A stretch of DNA of 64,000 nucleotides from an uncultured Gammaproteobacteria bacterium (GCA_964403585.1 CAYOFQ010000001.1:960826-1024825); one strand, 5' to 3'; shown: positions 32,643 to 41,519, numbered from the stretch's first letter. Numbers and translations: made by a program. Notes: a model not told the origin generated them from the letters alone.

Positions 32643-32945
32643 TTACAAATAATTAAAATCTTTTCTCCATTCATCCACTTTTATTGCTTTACGATATTTT
32701 GCCGGCACTTTATCCGGATTCAGAATATACAATGCCTCATAGACGGCTTGCAGCTCCGAGGTAAGTCCCATGAATGAATCAAGACTTCTCGCATGTTCTG
32801 TAAAATCAAAATACTCAAGTTGAGTCTCAGGTATATATACCCACATGCCATGCCGTCTGTCTTCTACTAAGGCAATTCTCCGTCCCGATCGACCTGTCTC
32901 CACTTGTTGAACTAAATAGTCACTAAACTGTATCGCTTCTGTCAT
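32643..32945 (-). CDS. Hypothetical 100 aa protein inserted between pheS and pheT
   Basis: The ORF is tightly packed between two conserved operon partners. No family was recognized. Confidence 0.45.
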   Translation of the reverse strand: MTEAIQFSDYLVQQVETGRSGRRIALVEDRRHGMWVYIPETQLEYFDFTEHARSLDSFMGLTSELQAVYEALYILNPDKVPAKYRKAIKVDEWRKDFNYL

Positions 32946-32950
32946 ACATA

Positions 32951-33994
32951 TTAAAATTGTTCCAGTAACTTCAATTCACCTTCATAAATCATACGAATAT
33001 CCGGAATTCCCGAGCGGATCGAAAGGCATCGTTCAATACCCCAACCAAAAGCAAAACCGTTGTACTCTTTCGGATCAATCCCTCCATTTTGCAGTACTGT
33101 TGGATGCACCATACCGGCACCACCAAGCTCCAACCAGCCTTCCTTACATAAGCGGCATCCTTCACCTTTACAAATAGTGCAGGAAATATCCACCTCAAAA
33201 GATGGCTCAGTAAACTGGAAATGATATGGCCGGATACGCACTTTCAAATCATTACCAAAAAACTTCTTAACAAAATAATCCAGCGTACCAACTAAATGGC
33301 CAATAGCCACGTTCTTATCGACCAATAGTCCTTCAAATTGATGAAACATCGGAGTATGGGAAGTGTCATAATTCGGACGATATGTTTTACCTGGAACAAC
33401 AACCCGTATCGGCGGTTTTTGAGTCTGCATGGTGCGGATCTGAACCGGCGAAGTATGCGGGCGCAGCAGCATTCTGCCATGTTCGGAATGCGGCTCATGA
33501 GATACATAATAGGTTTCAAAATCATCAGACGCCGGATGATCTGAAGGCATGTTCAGCGCTTCAAAGGCATGCCAGAACCACTCTACTTCCGGCCCTTCCA
33601 CAAACGAAAATCCGATTTGCGAAAAGATATCAACAATTTCATAGTATGCCTGGGTCACGGGATGCAAATGCCCTACGCGTGGAGAGGGCACCGGAAAAGT
33701 CATATCACGCCGTTCAAGGCTCCCAAGTTGGGTATATCGGGCTTGCTTCAGTTCTTCGGCTTTTTGATCAAAGGCCTGCTCCAATTGCTTTTTAACCGAA
33801 TTCAGCAGCTGTCCCATTTCCGGGCGCTCTTCCTTTGTTAAATTTCGCATTCCCAGGGAAATTTGAGCATAAGAACTATCTTTTTTGTCGAGAATTTCAA
33901 AACGGTATTTATCAAGAGACTGAACATCAGCTATAGACTGTAGCTGAGTTAAGGTTGTATCTAAGAGTTTCTGTAAATCATCTTTCATAAGCAA
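32951..33994 (-). CDS. pheS: Phenylalanyl-tRNA synthetase alpha subunit
   Basis: It has class II aaRS motifs (LRPHTSPVQIRTM, FRPNYDTSHTPMFHQFEGL, GWAFGWGIERC). Confidence 0.92.
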   Translation of the reverse strand: MLMKDDLQKLLDTTLTQLQSIADVQSLDKYRFEILDKKDSSYAQISLGMRNLTKEERPEMGQLLNSVKKQLEQAFDQKAEELKQARYTQLGSLERRDMTFPVPSPRVGHLHPVTQAYYEIVDIFSQIGFSFVEGPEVEWFWHAFEALNMPSDHPASDDFETYYVSHEPHSEHGRMLLRPHTSPVQIRTMQTQKPPIRVVVPGKTYRPNYDTSHTPMFHQFEGLLVDKNVAIGHLVGTLDYFVKKFFGNDLKVRIRPYHFQFTEPSFEVDISCTICKGEGCRLCKEGWLELGGAGMVHPTVLQNGGIDPKEYNGFAFGWGIERCLSIRSGIPDIRMIYEGELKLLEQF

Positions 33995-34007
33995 TGCTCC
34001 AAGTATA

Positions 34008-34045
34008 TCAAAAAAAATCCCGCACTCACAAGCATGAATGCGGGA
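34008..34045 (-). terminator. Rho-independent terminator after rplT. It is preceded by a second perfect 12 bp hairpin that overlaps the rplT stop.
   Basis: The minus strand reads atcccgcattcatgcttgtgagtgcgggat followed by TTTTTTTT. Upstream, the hairpin ggtgaaatagtt actc aactatttcacc spans the stop codon. Confidence 0.75.
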
Positions 34046-34069
34046 TAAAATGGTGAAATAGTTGAGTAA

Positions 34070-34414
34070 CTATTTCACCATTCCCATTAACTGAGTAAAG
34101 CTCTTTGGATCTTCAAGAACCATTGTAGCTAACATTTTTCGGTCAAGTGCAATTTCCTTCTTCTTTAAAGCAGCCATGAATGTGCTGTATTTCAAACCTT
34201 CGGCACGAAGTGCTCCGCTGATACGGGCAATCCATAACGAACGCATATCTCGCTTACGAAGCTTGCGACCATGATACGCATACTGACCTGCATGCAAATC
34301 CGCTTCACGAGCACGCTGCACCAACCGGTTATTGGTCATGCGATAACCTTCTACTCTCTTGAGTAACCGATTATGACGGGCTCTGGATGTTACACCTCTT
34401 TTAACTCTGGACAT
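34070..34414 (-). CDS. rplT: 50S ribosomal protein L20
   Basis: The start is MSRVKRGVTSRARHNRLLK. Confidence 0.93.
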   Translation of the reverse strand: MSRVKRGVTSRARHNRLLKRVEGYRMTNNRLVQRAREADLHAGQYAYHGRKLRKRDMRSLWIARISGALRAEGLKYSTFMAALKKKEIALDRKMLATMVLEDPKSFTQLMGMVK

Positions 34415-34425
34415 ATAAAAATCCC

Positions 34426-34623
34426 CTAAATACCTGGAAGTAACTTCTTAAAGTTCTTCTCCATCTTACCTGTAATTGGTTTTGCGTGAGCCATGCGTCG
34501 TAAGCGTGAAGCCGACTTTGGTGTTCGAATATGGTTATTACCCTTAGAATAGTGCATTAATTTACCGGTACCGGTAACCTTAATTCTCTTCGACAGAGCT
34601 TTTTTTGTTTTCATTTTAGGCAT
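34426..34623 (-). CDS. rpmI: 50S ribosomal protein L35
   Basis: The start is MPKMKTKKALSKRIKVTGTGK. Confidence 0.9.
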   Translation of the reverse strand: MPKMKTKKALSKRIKVTGTGKLMHYSKGNNHIRTPKSASRLRRMAHAKPITGKMEKNFKKLLPGI

Positions 34624-34628
34624 ATATT

Positions 34629-35147
34629 TTATTTTCCTGGACTATACGATACCACTAATTTTGTTCCTTCAAACCGGGCTGGTCGATCCTCTTTTCCAAC
34701 ATTCTCTTGCGAGATAGCAGCAGTGATCTTTTTCACTAACTGATGTCCGAACTCGGGCCGGGCCATTTCACGTCCACGGAATTGTATCACAACTTTTACC
34801 CGATTACCATCCTCTAAAAACTCTTTCATTTTTCGAAGTCTAACCTCAAGGTCATTGTCCGAGGTAAACGGTCGTAAACGAATCTCTTTTGTCTCAACCT
34901 GTTTCGCAGCTTTCTTATTATCTGCTTCTTTTTTAGCCTCAAGATACTTAAACTTCTTAAAATCGATTATCTTACATACCGGAGGGTTAGCCTGCCCAGC
35001 GACCTCTACCAGGTCTAACTTTTGCTCTTGGGCGAGTTTTAGAGCCTCAGGAAGGGTAAAAACACCGAGTTGTTTTCCTGTTGCGTCCAGTAATCGAACA
35101 GATTCAGCTCGAATAAACTGGTTAACGCGATAAAATTTCTTAGCTAT
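34629..35147 (-). CDS. infC: Translation initiation factor IF-3. It apparently starts at an ATA (Ile) codon.
   Basis: The tracked 66 aa ORF is only the C-terminal half. The in-frame upstream reading is IAKKFYRVNQFIRAESVRLLDATGKQLGVFTLPEALKLAQEQKLDLVEVAGQANPPVCKIIDFKKFKY, which matches the IF3 N-domain. The frame opens just after a TAA. An AAGGAGG sits 4 nt upstream of the ATA. No ATG, GTG or TTG is available. Confidence 0.75.
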   Translation of the reverse strand: MAKKFYRVNQFIRAESVRLLDATGKQLGVFTLPEALKLAQEQKLDLVEVAGQANPPVCKIIDFKKFKYLEAKKEADNKKAAKQVETKEIRLRPFTSDNDLEVRLRKMKEFLEDGNRVKVVIQFRGREMARPEFGHQLVKKITAAISQENVGKEDRPARFEGTKLVVSYSPGK

Positions 35148-35210
35148 GGTGCCTCCTTAACTATACCGAAAAATTGTACCACGCACAAAAAACCTTTGCA
35201 ATGGGATGAT

Positions 35211-35600
35211 CTAATCAAGAGGGAGATAATAACCTCCAATAATCTTGTAGTCATCATACATTACCACTTTTTTTGCACTCATTTTTATACGCCCTAGAGC
35301 CTGATTACTTCGCCAAATCTGTTCATCGAACTCCCGGGCATAGGCCAAATCAGGATCAAGTACACGAAGTCGTTTGGAACGCCCGACTAAGTTTGCTTCA
35401 TGAACCACTATTCTTCCGGCAAGAACCGCTTCTGACAATGCCTCAACAATGCGTCTACTCGCAGCAACTGGTATGTCATCATTAAAACGCCGTTTGATGA
35501 TATATCTACTTTGATCTTGAAAGTCGTCCGGATAGGCCCACCGATCATACGGTCGAACGACATCAGATGTTTCAATCACGAGCTTCTCTTCCATACGCAC
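35211..35600 (-). CDS. Hypothetical 129 aa protein between thrS and infC
   Basis: This ORF sits inside the conserved thrS-infC-rpmI-rplT cluster. No family was recognized. Confidence 0.45.
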   Translation of the reverse strand: MRMEEKLVIETSDVVRPYDRWAYPDDFQDQSRYIIKRRFNDDIPVAASRRIVEALSEAVLAGRIVVHEANLVGRSKRLRVLDPDLAYAREFDEQIWRSNQALGRIKMSAKKVVMYDDYKIIGGYYLPLD

Positions 35601-35603
35601 ATT

Positions 35604-37361
35604 TTAGCGTTTTGAGGCTATTTCTTCAAGTAACTGTTCTTTGAACTCGGCAAAAGCAGTCATTCCCGGATTCTCGCCGTTCCGCTTACGAACAGCTACT
35701 CCCTGTGCCTCCATTTCCTTGTCCCCAACAACCAGCATATACGGAACTTTCTGCATTTGAGCATCACGAATCTTGGATTGCATCGATTCTGAACGGGAAT
35801 CCACATCCACTCGAACTTTTTGTGCTTTCAGCTCGACAGCAAGTTTTTGGGCGTACTCCGCGTGACGATCGGCAATCGGAATAATTACTGCCTGAGTTGG
35901 TGCCAACCAAGCAGGAAAAGCACCACCATATTTTTCAATTAAGAAAGCAATCACCCGCTCAATAGCACCAATTGAAGAACGGTGCACAACCACCGGTTCC
36001 TGTTCCTGACCATGCTCATCAACATACTTCAGCTGGAATCGTTTTGGCATGACAAAGTCGTATTGAACAGTAAACGCAGTATCCTCTTTACCGTTCACGT
36101 TTTTCATTTGAATATCAATTTTTGGTCCATAGAAAGCTGCTTCCCCTGCTGCTTCAACAGTTCTTACTGAACGCGAGCTTAATACCGAACGAAGGATACC
36201 TTCAGCCTGACCCCACTCAGCATCGCTCTTAAAATACTTCTTCTCATCCGAACGATCACCAAGCGACAACCGGTACCAGTAGTCGTCATTTGGTTTTAGC
36301 CCAAATATTCCGGCAGCATATTCAATAAGATCAAGCGCGGCATTTACTTCTTCCGCTGCCTTCTCCGACTGTACAACGATATGGGCATCGGCTAAACAAA
36401 AGCTGCGCACACGCTGTAAACCTGCCAGTTCACCTGACTGCTCATAGCGATATAACTTGGCAAGTTCCGCAATACGCATCGGCAGCTCTTTATAACTCCG
36501 TGGTTTTGAACGATACAGTTCAAAATGGTGCGGACAAGTCATCGGCCGCAACATAAACTGCTCATCATCAATATCGATCGGAGCATACATTGAATCCTTG
36601 TAGTACGGATAGTGTCCCGATGTCTCATACAATTTTATCTGTGCGATATCCGGTGTATACACATGCAGATATCCGCGAGACAACTCTTCGTCGACGATAA
36701 ATCGTTCCAGCTCGCGGCGAACAGTAGACCCTTTGGGAGTCCACAACGGCAACCCCTTCCCCACTAGATCAGAGAACACAAACAGATCAAGTTCCTTACC
36801 AAGTTTTTTATGATCCCGCTTCCGAGCTTCTTCCTGCTGAACCAAGTAATTATCAAGTTCCTTCTGTGAAGGAAAAGCCGTACCATAGATGCGAGTTAAC
36901 ATTTTATTCTTTTCATCACCCCGCCAGTACGCACCTGCCAAAGAAAGCAATTTAAAGGCGGCTAAATCTTTTTGCGGATTTTCCGAATGACCACCCCGGC
37001 ATAAATCTTCAAAGTTTCCGCTATTATAGATAGTTAACGACTGACCATCCTGCGCGAACTCATCAATCAGTTCCAGTTTGTACGGATTATCGGCAAATCG
37101 TTTCTTCGCTTCTTCAACTGACACTTCTTCTCGTTCAAAACCGTTCCAACTCTTTACTAACTCCCGCATCTTCCCCTCTATCTTCACCAAATCCTCATCG
37201 GATACTTTTACGTCGCCAAAGTCAAAATCGTAGTAAAACCCATGCTCAATTTCCGGCCCGATAGTCCGCTTTGCCTCAGGGTAAAGTTCTTTTACTGCTG
37301 CAGCCAATAAATGTGCAGCGCTATGACGTAATTGGTTCAAGCGTTCATCTGAGTTCTTCAT
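35604..37361 (-). CDS. thrS: Threonyl-tRNA synthetase (short form lacking the N-terminal TGS domain)
   Basis: It has a second additional domain (HSAAHLLAAAV) with class II catalytic core motifs, and a C-terminal anticodon-binding domain. The preferred start is MKNSDERL at 37361, preceded by AGGAGA. Confidence 0.9.
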   Translation of the reverse strand: MKNSDERLNQLRHSAAHLLAAAVKELYPEAKRTIGPEIEHGFYYDFDFGDVKVSDEDLVKIEGKMRELVKSWNGFEREEVSVEEAKKRFADNPYKLELIDEFAQDGQSLTIYNSGNFEDLCRGGHSENPQKDLAAFKLLSLAGAYWRGDEKNKMLTRIYGTAFPSQKELDNYLVQQEEARKRDHKKLGKELDLFVFSDLVGKGLPLWTPKGSTVRRELERFIVDEELSRGYLHVYTPDIAQIKLYETSGHYPYYKDSMYAPIDIDDEQFMLRPMTCPHHFELYRSKPRSYKELPMRIAELAKLYRYEQSGELAGLQRVRSFCLADAHIVVQSEKAAEEVNAALDLIEYAAGIFGLKPNDDYWYRLSLGDRSDEKKYFKSDAEWGQAEGILRSVLSSRSVRTVEAAGEAAFYGPKIDIQMKNVNGKEDTAFTVQYDFVMPKRFQLKYVDEHGQEQEPVVVHRSSIGAIERVIAFLIEKYGGAFPAWLAPTQAVIIPIADRHAEYAQKLAVELKAQKVRVDVDSRSESMQSKIRDAQMQKVPYMLVVGDKEMEAQGVAVRKRNGENPGMTAFAEFKEQLLEEIASKR

Positions 37362-37644
37362 ATATCTCCTAAGGAACAAAAAAGCCGTCCTCAAGCACTA
37401 AACTAATAATGCTCGAAGACGGCTCTTCACCGCGGTTCCACTTCGATTTCATTTTTCCGACCGTTATTACGATCCAAAATGACACTTACAATCCGTTGCG
37501 CGAATCACTCGTTTTCAGCTCCTCAGGCGGTCCTTCGTAAAGTTCTGTGTAAGAAGCTCTCAATCTTCAGCTTCTTTTCCCTGTCCACAATAAGCTTTAC
37601 CTTCTCGTCCTCAGTACTAACGCTTCAATAGCACAAGTATACCA
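37362..37644 (-). ncRNA. T-box riboswitch-like leader of thrS (extended -10 promoter, T-box motif, terminator/antiterminator)
   Basis: The minus strand reads tggtatact (extended -10) ... AAGTGGAACCGCGG. This matches the T-box UGGNACCGCG core, with forward cgcggttccac at 37431-37441. It is followed at once by the terminator gagccgtcttcgagc...gcttgaggacggc plus TTTTTT (37377-37423). The SD and ATG follow directly. Confidence 0.5.
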
Positions 37645-37650
37645 CATTTT

Positions 37651-38514
37651 TTACAAAATATCATGCGGAGTTTCGTCCTGATCAGTTTTCTTTGGCCAAC
37701 GGATATCTCCCGAATTAAAAAGCTTTTTCAACTTGGTTAACGTGGGGAATTTGTCTGCATCACTGAATTTCTGCTCCTGCAAATCTTCTTTCCAGTTACC
37801 AAACTCATATTCGGGAAGATTTTTAGCCGCCTTACCCTGTGTAATACGGTTTATCTCAAGCAATACTGCAGTTTTGGCAAAGTTAAGACGACCTTCCTTT
37901 TCCAACCGGCGCACCGAGATATAAATAACATCCGAATGGAGGACTTTTATTTTAGCACCCTTTTTAACCGCCCGGGCAATGTAGTCAAAATCCTCCCCTA
38001 CTTTAACTTCCGCATCAAATCCATTTAAAATACTGTGATACTTTTTAGTGCTGAAAATACACCACCCCATTCCTACCGGTTCAATGAGTTGCATAATTTC
38101 GATATACATATTGCCGAGTGCACATAAAACAGCATCTTCGGTACGGGAAGAAAGCGGTTTATAGTTTATCGTAGCCAAATCAAGCTCACGTTCCTGCATT
38201 TCGGCAATAGTATGGGCCAGGAAATGCGGTTTCATCTGAGTATCGGCATCTAAAAATAAGAGCAAATCGTGCTTGGCTAAAGAAGCACCATAGTTGCGTT
38301 GGGCGGACACTCCCCTATTAGGAGCTACTACCGAAGTCAGATGCGGTAAAACATCCTTGTGCTTCTCAATTACCGAAACAGTTTTATCCGTCGAGTTACC
38401 GTCAACGACAATCACTTCAAAGTTTTTGTAGGTTTGTTTAGAAAGCGAAGTGAGTAGTTTTCCAATGTAAAGTTCTTCGTTCAAACAGGGAATTATTATT
38501 GAAATAGGCTGCAT
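37651..38514 (-). CDS. Family 2 glycosyltransferase
   Basis: GT-A fold motifs are present (IIIPCLNEE, VIVVDGNSTD, a DxD at FLDAD). Confidence 0.75.
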   Translation of the reverse strand: MQPISIIIPCLNEELYIGKLLTSLSKQTYKNFEVIVVDGNSTDKTVSVIEKHKDVLPHLTSVVAPNRGVSAQRNYGASLAKHDLLLFLDADTQMKPHFLAHTIAEMQERELDLATINYKPLSSRTEDAVLCALGNMYIEIMQLIEPVGMGWCIFSTKKYHSILNGFDAEVKVGEDFDYIARAVKKGAKIKVLHSDVIYISVRRLEKEGRLNFAKTAVLLEINRITQGKAAKNLPEYEFGNWKEDLQEQKFSDADKFPTLTKLKKLFNSGDIRWPKKTDQDETPHDIL

Positions 38515-38579
38515 AGGTTTATCTCTCAGCTACAATCGTACTATACGAGTAACCTTGCATCAAGTCATGGTAATGAAAC

Positions 38580-38656
38580 TGGTGGACCCTAGAGGACTCG
38601 AACCTCTGACCTTCACAATGTCAATGTGACGCTCTAACCAACTGAGCTAAGAGTCC
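38580..38656 (-). tRNA. tRNA-Val (anticodon GAC), CCA encoded
   Basis: The minus strand reads GGACTCTTAGCTCAGTTGGTTAGAGCGTCACATTGACATTGTGAAGGTCAGAGGTTCGAGTCCTCTAGGGTCCACCA. The cloverleaf shows a 7 bp acceptor stem, a TTGACAT anticodon loop and a GTTCGAGTCC T-arm. Confidence 0.85.
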
Positions 38657-38816
38657 CGAAGCTCATTAATGTATTTATCAATAAGCTGAGGTCCCGCGCA
38701 CATAGTGCGTGGGACGGATTCCATTGGAATCTGCCTAATCATACAAAAAAACCGCAATAAACACAATATTCACTACAGCACTTTACCCGAGGCAAAAAAC
38801 TCATTACACTGGGTAT

Positions 38817-41381
38817 ATGCAAGAGATTCAAAAATTCGTTTCCTGGTATTTTTACCGGGTATTAATAGCTCACTTTCACTTTATCAACAATTCACTGGCT
38901 AAGGTCGAAGATGTCATTGGTATTACCACTAACGTCAGATTCTTTTTTACCCCCATCTACGGTGATCGCAGCTGGTTTGGACGAATTTTTTCTGTTTTTA
39001 TCCGAACCTGCGTAATTTTGGTTGGTGTACTGGTATTCATGCTCAGCTCGGTTATTCTCTTTACCGTACCACTAATCTGGTTATCCTCCTTACTACTGAT
39101 GTTCCGCTATCCGGCGTTTGCCGCAGTACCGATAGTAGGTTTCATGTACTTTGCTGTCAGCGCACGAAAAAAGCCATTTAAAATTCACCCTATACACGCA
39201 AAAAACTATGATTTACGTCCCTACTGTGACCTGGAATCCAAATATATCCTTCAGCTGGCTGGTACGTCTGTTTTTTACGACCGACTATTAAAAACTGAAG
39301 ACGTCAAACATTTTATCCAAAGAACACTTCTCCCCGTTAACGAAATCCTCCCGGTTCTACAGCAACAACCTTACTCGATGCAGAATATGTCAACCGCGCT
39401 GTTTCAATTAGCACAGGAACAGAAGATACGGTATATACGAACCAATCATATTTTTCTGGCACTCCTCCTCCTTAACGCAGCATTCATCGACACGATCTTA
39501 AAAAAACATAAGATGGACATTCATATTATCCAAACGTACATCTCCTGGGACGAATATGAATTCAACCTTGTGAATCCGCCGGATTTGTGGGATGCCGATT
39601 ATCAGCTGCTTGTTGGTGGTGGCACTAACAGAACCTGGCAAGGTACGGTTACCCCTATACTCAACCAATATGGATACGATTTAAATCAGGCAGTAGTGAA
39701 TGAACCCAATAAGGTAATTCGTAATGAACTTATCAAAGAGATCGAAAAGTCACTGCAAAAAAGCGAAAACTCCAATGTCTTACTGATCGGCGAAATCGGC
39801 GTTGGCAAAGATACCTTAGTAAGAGAGATCGCGCAGTGGATTAATTCAGGAGTAGTTCGCGGACCACTCTGGAGTAAACGAATTATAGATTTGGATATCG
39901 GGCGTCTTTTTGCCGGAACTACAGATAAAGGATCCTTTGAAGCCCGCGTCGAGTCAATTATTGATGAGATCGAACGCAGCAGTAATATAATTCTCTATCT
40001 GAATGACTTTACAGCAGCCATCGAAACCAAAACCAAAGAAGGAATTAACCTGTTCTCTCTATTACAAAAACCAATCACCTCCGGAAGAGTAAAAATAATC
40101 GCCGCCATTACACCAAAAGAATATAAGGCACTTGAACAGAATAATCCCCTCTTTTTAGGACAATTTACCATGATAAAAGTACCGGAAACCGATCCGGTCG
40201 AGTCGGCTTCGATTATCCACACATCCGCCCTGGAATATGAAGAAAAATATCACCTGTTTTTCCCCTACCCTATCCTCGATTTAGTAGTCACCTATGCCAA
40301 AAACTATATCCATGAAGGATTCTTTCCTGCCAAAGCCCTGGCCCTGGTTGAGGATGTCGCGGTAAGCGTTTTTAATGCTTCAAATAAGGATCAGTGGATA
40401 ACCAGGTACGGGCGAAGAATACCGGTACTAGAACCTGCAATTAACGCCTTGGTAAAAGCCAAAACCAATATTCCCGTTGGAGATATTGAATATAACGAAG
40501 CGCAAACCTTACTCCACATGGAAGACGAGTTTAGAAAATATATTGTTGACCAATCGGATGCTGTTCATGTTATTTCCGAAGTATTGAGACGCAATCGTTC
40601 CGGCTTGCGTAACACTAATAAACCAATCGGCTCATTCCTCTTTGTCGGACCAACCGGTGTTGGAAAAACCGAAATGGCCAAAACACTGGCCCGAATTTAT
40701 TACGGAAACGAAAAGCAAATGATTCGTCTGGATATGAGCGAATACCAGTCACAGGACAGTATTGATCGCCTCATTGGCAATACTTCTCAAAGTACAAGTT
40801 TGGAATCCCTGGTCCAAATCATCCGGAAACAACCCTACAGTCTCATCCTGTTGGATGAATTAGAGAAAGCCCATCCACGGATTTTGGACCTTTTCCTTCA
40901 GGTATTGGACGATGCCCGGCTCACCGATGCCTTCGGTACTACTGTTGAATTCAATGAAACAATCATTATTGCCACCAGCAACGCCGGCACACAGGAGATT
41001 ACCAAACAGTTTCAGTCCATAACCTCCTCCGAACAATACCAGGTCATTCAACAAAATCTTTACCACATACTTGCACCATATTTTAGAACAGAATTTTTAA
41101 ACCGGTTTGACGAAATAATTCTCTTTAAACCGCTTACCAAACAAAGCCTGGAAAAAGTAGTCCAAATGCAGCTTACCAAGATCGCCAAACAATTATATGA
41201 AACCAAAAAAGTCACGATTACTTTCAGTCAGGAAACTATCGATACTCTGATTAAAACCGGCTATAACCCTGAACTTGGTGCCCGACCGCTTCAACGTGCC
41301 ATCCAGGATCAGCTCGAGTCAAAAATCGCGACCATGATACTGGAAGGAAAAATCACTGAAGGGCAGTCGATACAAATTTAA
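38817..41381 (+). CDS. Membrane-anchored Clp/Hsp100-like AAA+ protein. The D1 ATPase motifs are degenerate and D2 is intact.
   Basis: There are 2-3 N-terminal TM helices (FGRIFSVFIRTCVILVGVLVFMLSSVILFTVPLIWLSSLLLMF). A Clp_N-like repeat follows (NHIFLALLLLNAAFIDTILKKH). D1 has a Walker A of GEIGVGKD, where Lys-Asp replaces Lys-Thr/Ser, and a Walker B of ILYLNDF with no Glu. D2 has GPTGVGKT, LILLDELEKAH and a GARPLQRAI sensor. The exact start is uncertain. Confidence 0.65.
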   Translation: MQEIQKFVSWYFYRVLIAHFHFINNSLAKVEDVIGITTNVRFFFTPIYGDRSWFGRIFSVFIRTCVILVGVLVFMLSSVILFTVPLIWLSSLLLMFRYPAFAAVPIVGFMYFAVSARKKPFKIHPIHAKNYDLRPYCDLESKYILQLAGTSVFYDRLLKTEDVKHFIQRTLLPVNEILPVLQQQPYSMQNMSTALFQLAQEQKIRYIRTNHIFLALLLLNAAFIDTILKKHKMDIHIIQTYISWDEYEFNLVNPPDLWDADYQLLVGGGTNRTWQGTVTPILNQYGYDLNQAVVNEPNKVIRNELIKEIEKSLQKSENSNVLLIGEIGVGKDTLVREIAQWINSGVVRGPLWSKRIIDLDIGRLFAGTTDKGSFEARVESIIDEIERSSNIILYLNDFTAAIETKTKEGINLFSLLQKPITSGRVKIIAAITPKEYKALEQNNPLFLGQFTMIKVPETDPVESASIIHTSALEYEEKYHLFFPYPILDLVVTYAKNYIHEGFFPAKALALVEDVAVSVFNASNKDQWITRYGRRIPVLEPAINALVKAKTNIPVGDIEYNEAQTLLHMEDEFRKYIVDQSDAVHVISEVLRRNRSGLRNTNKPIGSFLFVGPTGVGKTEMAKTLARIYYGNEKQMIRLDMSEYQSQDSIDRLIGNTSQSTSLESLVQIIRKQPYSLILLDELEKAHPRILDLFLQVLDDARLTDAFGTTVEFNETIIIATSNAGTQEITKQFQSITSSEQYQVIQQNLYHILAPYFRTEFLNRFDEIILFKPLTKQSLEKVVQMQLTKIAKQLYETKKVTITFSQETIDTLIKTGYNPELGARPLQRAIQDQLESKIATMILEGKITEGQSIQI

Positions 41382-41387
41382 GACTAT

Positions 41388-41519
41388 ATGAGAAACAAAA
41401 AATTACTTACCTGTATAATTCTCGCCGGAGTAGTAATCTGTGGGTGCTACCTATACGTTAGAATGTCATATCCATCATCTGGATGTATAGATTATGGACA
41501 TGTTACATACTGTGAATGA
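41388..41519 (+). CDS. Possible 43 aa cysteine-rich small membrane/secreted peptide (MRNKKLLTCIILAGVVICGCYLYVRMSYPSSGCIDYGHVTYCE)
   Basis: This is an untracked small ORF directly after the Clp-like stop. It has 6 Cys and a hydrophobic N-terminus. No clear SD is present. Confidence 0.25.
   Translation: MRNKKLLTCIILAGVVICGCYLYVRMSYPSSGCIDYGHVTYCE

Noticed and set aside
33995-34069. Idea of a T-box or leader-peptide attenuator upstream of pheS
   Set aside because: Only 75 nt separate rplT and pheS. That space is filled by the rplT stop-overlapping hairpin and the rplT terminator. It is too short for a T-box. It is more likely that the terminator is partial and readthrough occurs.
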